DNA from: an uncultured cyanobacterium | Lineage (GTDB): Bacteria > Cyanobacteriota > Cyanobacteriia > Cyanobacteriales > Microcystaceae | Reading direction: 5' to 3' | NCBI GenBank assembly: GCA_963807635.1 | Contig: CAWEDJ010000105.1 | Span: 29,965-93,964 of the forward strand | DNA: 64,000 nt | Shown: positions 61,701 through 64,000 of the stretch, piece after piece | Position numbering within the stretch: the stretch's first letter is position 1 | How the letters are laid out: every line of letters begins with the position of its first letter | Program-made: the position numbers and the translations under genes | Notes under the pieces: generated by a model | Database searches by the model: none | Told to the model about the DNA's origin: nothing | Seen by the model: the letters and a program-made list of their open reading frames with translations, nothing else

Positions 61701-64000
61701 ACCACCGATGCAACAGGAACCACTGAAATTAAAGATAATATTTCCACAAATGGAAATCAAACCTATAACGATGAAATAGCTTTACAAGGTAATACGACAC
61801 TTACTGGCAGTCAAATTACCCTATCTAAGGTTACAGGAACGACGGATAATCTTAGCGTCAGTGCAGGTCAAGATATTATCCTAAATGCGAATTCTGCTAT
61901 TTCAACAGGAACAGGAAATGTTCAATTTGATGCGGCTCGTGCAATTACACTAAATTCAGGTTCAAGTATTACAACGTCTAGCGGCGCAATTGACTTAAAT
62001 GCCAATCAAAAAACAACTACCACGACAGGAAGCTTTGATGGTATCTATTTTAATGATGCTGATATTAGTTCTGACACTGGCAACATTACTTTAAAAGGAA
62101 AAGCTGGAGACACGGCAGGTGAAGGAATATTACTAAAAAATGGAACACCATCTATTATTAGTAATAGCGGAAATATTACCTTAATTGGACAAGCATTCTC
62201 TAACATTTTTGTTAATGGTGGTGGGGTAGTAGAAGGAATTGCAATAAACCCAGGTACTATTTCAAGTACAGGAATAATAAATATTGATGGAAAAAATAGC
62301 CTAGCGAATAGTAATGGAGGAGGTGTATATATTAGTGCCAAAATTGGTAATGACCCAATCGCTACAGGAGCAATTAATATTAGTGGGGAAGGTTCTCAAT
62401 TTGGAGTTTTTATCGAAGGCAATCCCATTTATGATCCAACCTCTCCAATCGGTGACTCACAAAGTTCAAGAGATATTGTTATATCTAGCAATTCAATCAA
62501 ATTATCATCAACCTTAATTCAAGGTAAAGGTAAATTGTTCTTACAGCCATTAGACCCATCAGCATCTATTGGGATTGGTGACGGAGCCACAGGAACCTTT
62601 AATCTTGATAGCTCCAAATTAAGCACTATTCAAAATGGATTTAACTCAATTACCATTGGACGTAGTGATAGTAGCGGTGCGATTAATGTAGCAGGAAACG
62701 TTACTTTTAATGATCCTGTTACTTTACGTTCTCCTTCTGGTGGTAGCATTAATTTAAACTCAGATAGTACCCTCAACACTAATAATAATTTCCTGACGTT
62801 AAATGCAGGTCAAGATATTACCTTAAATGCGAATTCCGCTATCAACGCAGGAACAGGAAATGTTCAATTTGATGCGGCTCGTGCAATTACACTAAATTCG
62901 GGTTCAAAGATTGAAACAACTAGCGGAATAATTAACTTAAATGCCAATCAAAAAACAACAGCCACAACAGGAAGCTTTGATGGTATTTATCTTAATAATG
63001 CTGATATTAGTTCTGGCACTGGCGATATTACTTTAAAAGGAAAAGCTGGGAACACGGCAGGTGAAGGAATCTTTCTTACAAATGGAACCCCATCTATTAT
63101 TAGTAATAGCGGAAATATTACCTTAATTGGTCAAGCTTTTTCTAATAATGTTGTTAATGGTGTTGGAGCGATAGAAGGGATTGCAATACATTCAGGAACG
63201 ATTTCAAGTACAGGCACAATTACTATTGATGGAAAAAATACCTCAACAAATGGAGACGGCGTATTTATTAGTGCCAAAATTGGTAATGATCCATCAGCTA
63301 CAGGAAAAATTGATATTCGCGGAGAAGGCTCTCAATTTGGAGTTTCTATCACGGGATTTACTAATTCCAATTTTGATCCAACCTCTCTAATTGGTGATGC
63401 CCAAAGTTCAAGAGATATTGTTATATCTGGTAATTTAATCAATTTAGGATCAGCATCAATTCAAGGTAGAGGCAATTTATTCCTACAGCCGTTAGACGCA
63501 TTAACAACTATCGGTATTGGTGATAGTGCGACGGGAACCTTTAATCTTGATAGTTCTGAACTTAATAAGATTCAAAACGGATTTAGCTCAATTACTATTG
63601 GACGTTCAGATGGCAGTGGTGCGATTAATGTAGCAGAAAACGTTACTTTTAATGACCCTGTTACCTTACGTTCTCCGTCTGGCTCAATTACAGTTAATAA
63701 TGTAATAACAGGCCAAGGTGATGCCTCAATCACCCTTCAAGGTACAACCAATCTTAAGGCGAATCTAACAACCAATAACCAAAATATTACGATTGATGGC
63801 GATACCAATTTGGGAGCAAACAGCAGCTTAAGAGGAAGTAATGTTACCTTCAAAGGAACGATTAATGGCGCAAACTCATTAACCGTAAATGCTTCAGGCA
63901 TAACAGATTTTCAACAAGCGATAGGAGGAACAACACCCCTAGTAGCTCTTACTACGGATACAGCAGGAACAACTAAACTCAATGGAAACGTTACTACTAC
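58775..64000 (+). CDS. Filamentous haemagglutinin-like TpsA exoprotein (apparent frameshift near 59293; runs off the window end)
   Basis: TPS domain NLFHS...ILTRVVGG...[13 protein letters not shown]; the second frame from 59295 appears open to the window end ([23 protein letters not shown] repeats). Confidence 0.88.
60630..61380 (+). repeat. Tandem repeats of about 105-130 bp encoding SNSTLSGN(T/N)(S-rich)GGGIYN.GTLTV
   Basis: Near-identical agcaatagcaccctttctggtaacacc...ggaggcggcatctacaattctggaacattaacagtt units with variable TCT runs. Confidence 0.88.
61862..63682 (+). repeat. Internal imperfect duplication of about 880 bp, period 942 bp (314 aa)
   Basis: 61862-62740 versus 62804-63682 (tgcaggtcaagatatta ... 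cgttctcc.tctgg). Confidence 0.9.

Noticed and set aside
1439..63390. Many short antisense or overlapping ORFs in the track (e.g. 1439-1624, 16566-16979, 39330-39671, 52213-52722, 60955-61242)
   Set aside because: They are shadow frames of well-supported genes, with no motifs or independent support.

Overview
Cyanobacterial chromosomal window: the HIP1 octamer GCGATCGC is abundant and the gene set resembles Synechocystis/Chroococcales. The core genes include the low-CO2 NDH-1(3) operon (ndhF3, a Tat-signal beta-carbonic anhydrase, ndhD3, cupA, cupS), ndhR, ycf3-gatC-ffs-psbM, moeB, gatD, ndbB, devBCA, pcyA, rpaA, class I nrdA/nrdB, trmB and FTR1. A two-partner-secretion locus runs off the right end. 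There are four accessory highlights. (1) A small defence island at 1.1-4.4 kb holds higBA, a two-gene CBASS-type system (CD-NTase plus 4TM effector) and a RelE/YafQ TA pair flanked by duplicated ndhF3-promoter DNA. (2) At 27.8-33.4 kb, an NB-ARC-TPR gene with an in-frame TGA is followed by a tandem array of TA cassettes, each introduced by an orphan copy of that gene's 3' end; every toxin there is damaged while cognate antitoxins are intact. (3) An OLD-family ATPase/TOPRIM nuclease gene sits between nrdA and nrdB. (4) A 281-nt ORF-less group I intron interrupts nrdB. Several MITE families are present, one inserted in frame in a RelE gene. Many single-base frameshifts fall in conserved genes (rpaA, gatD, moeB, cupA) and are probably assembly errors, so frameshift-based pseudogene calls are weak.
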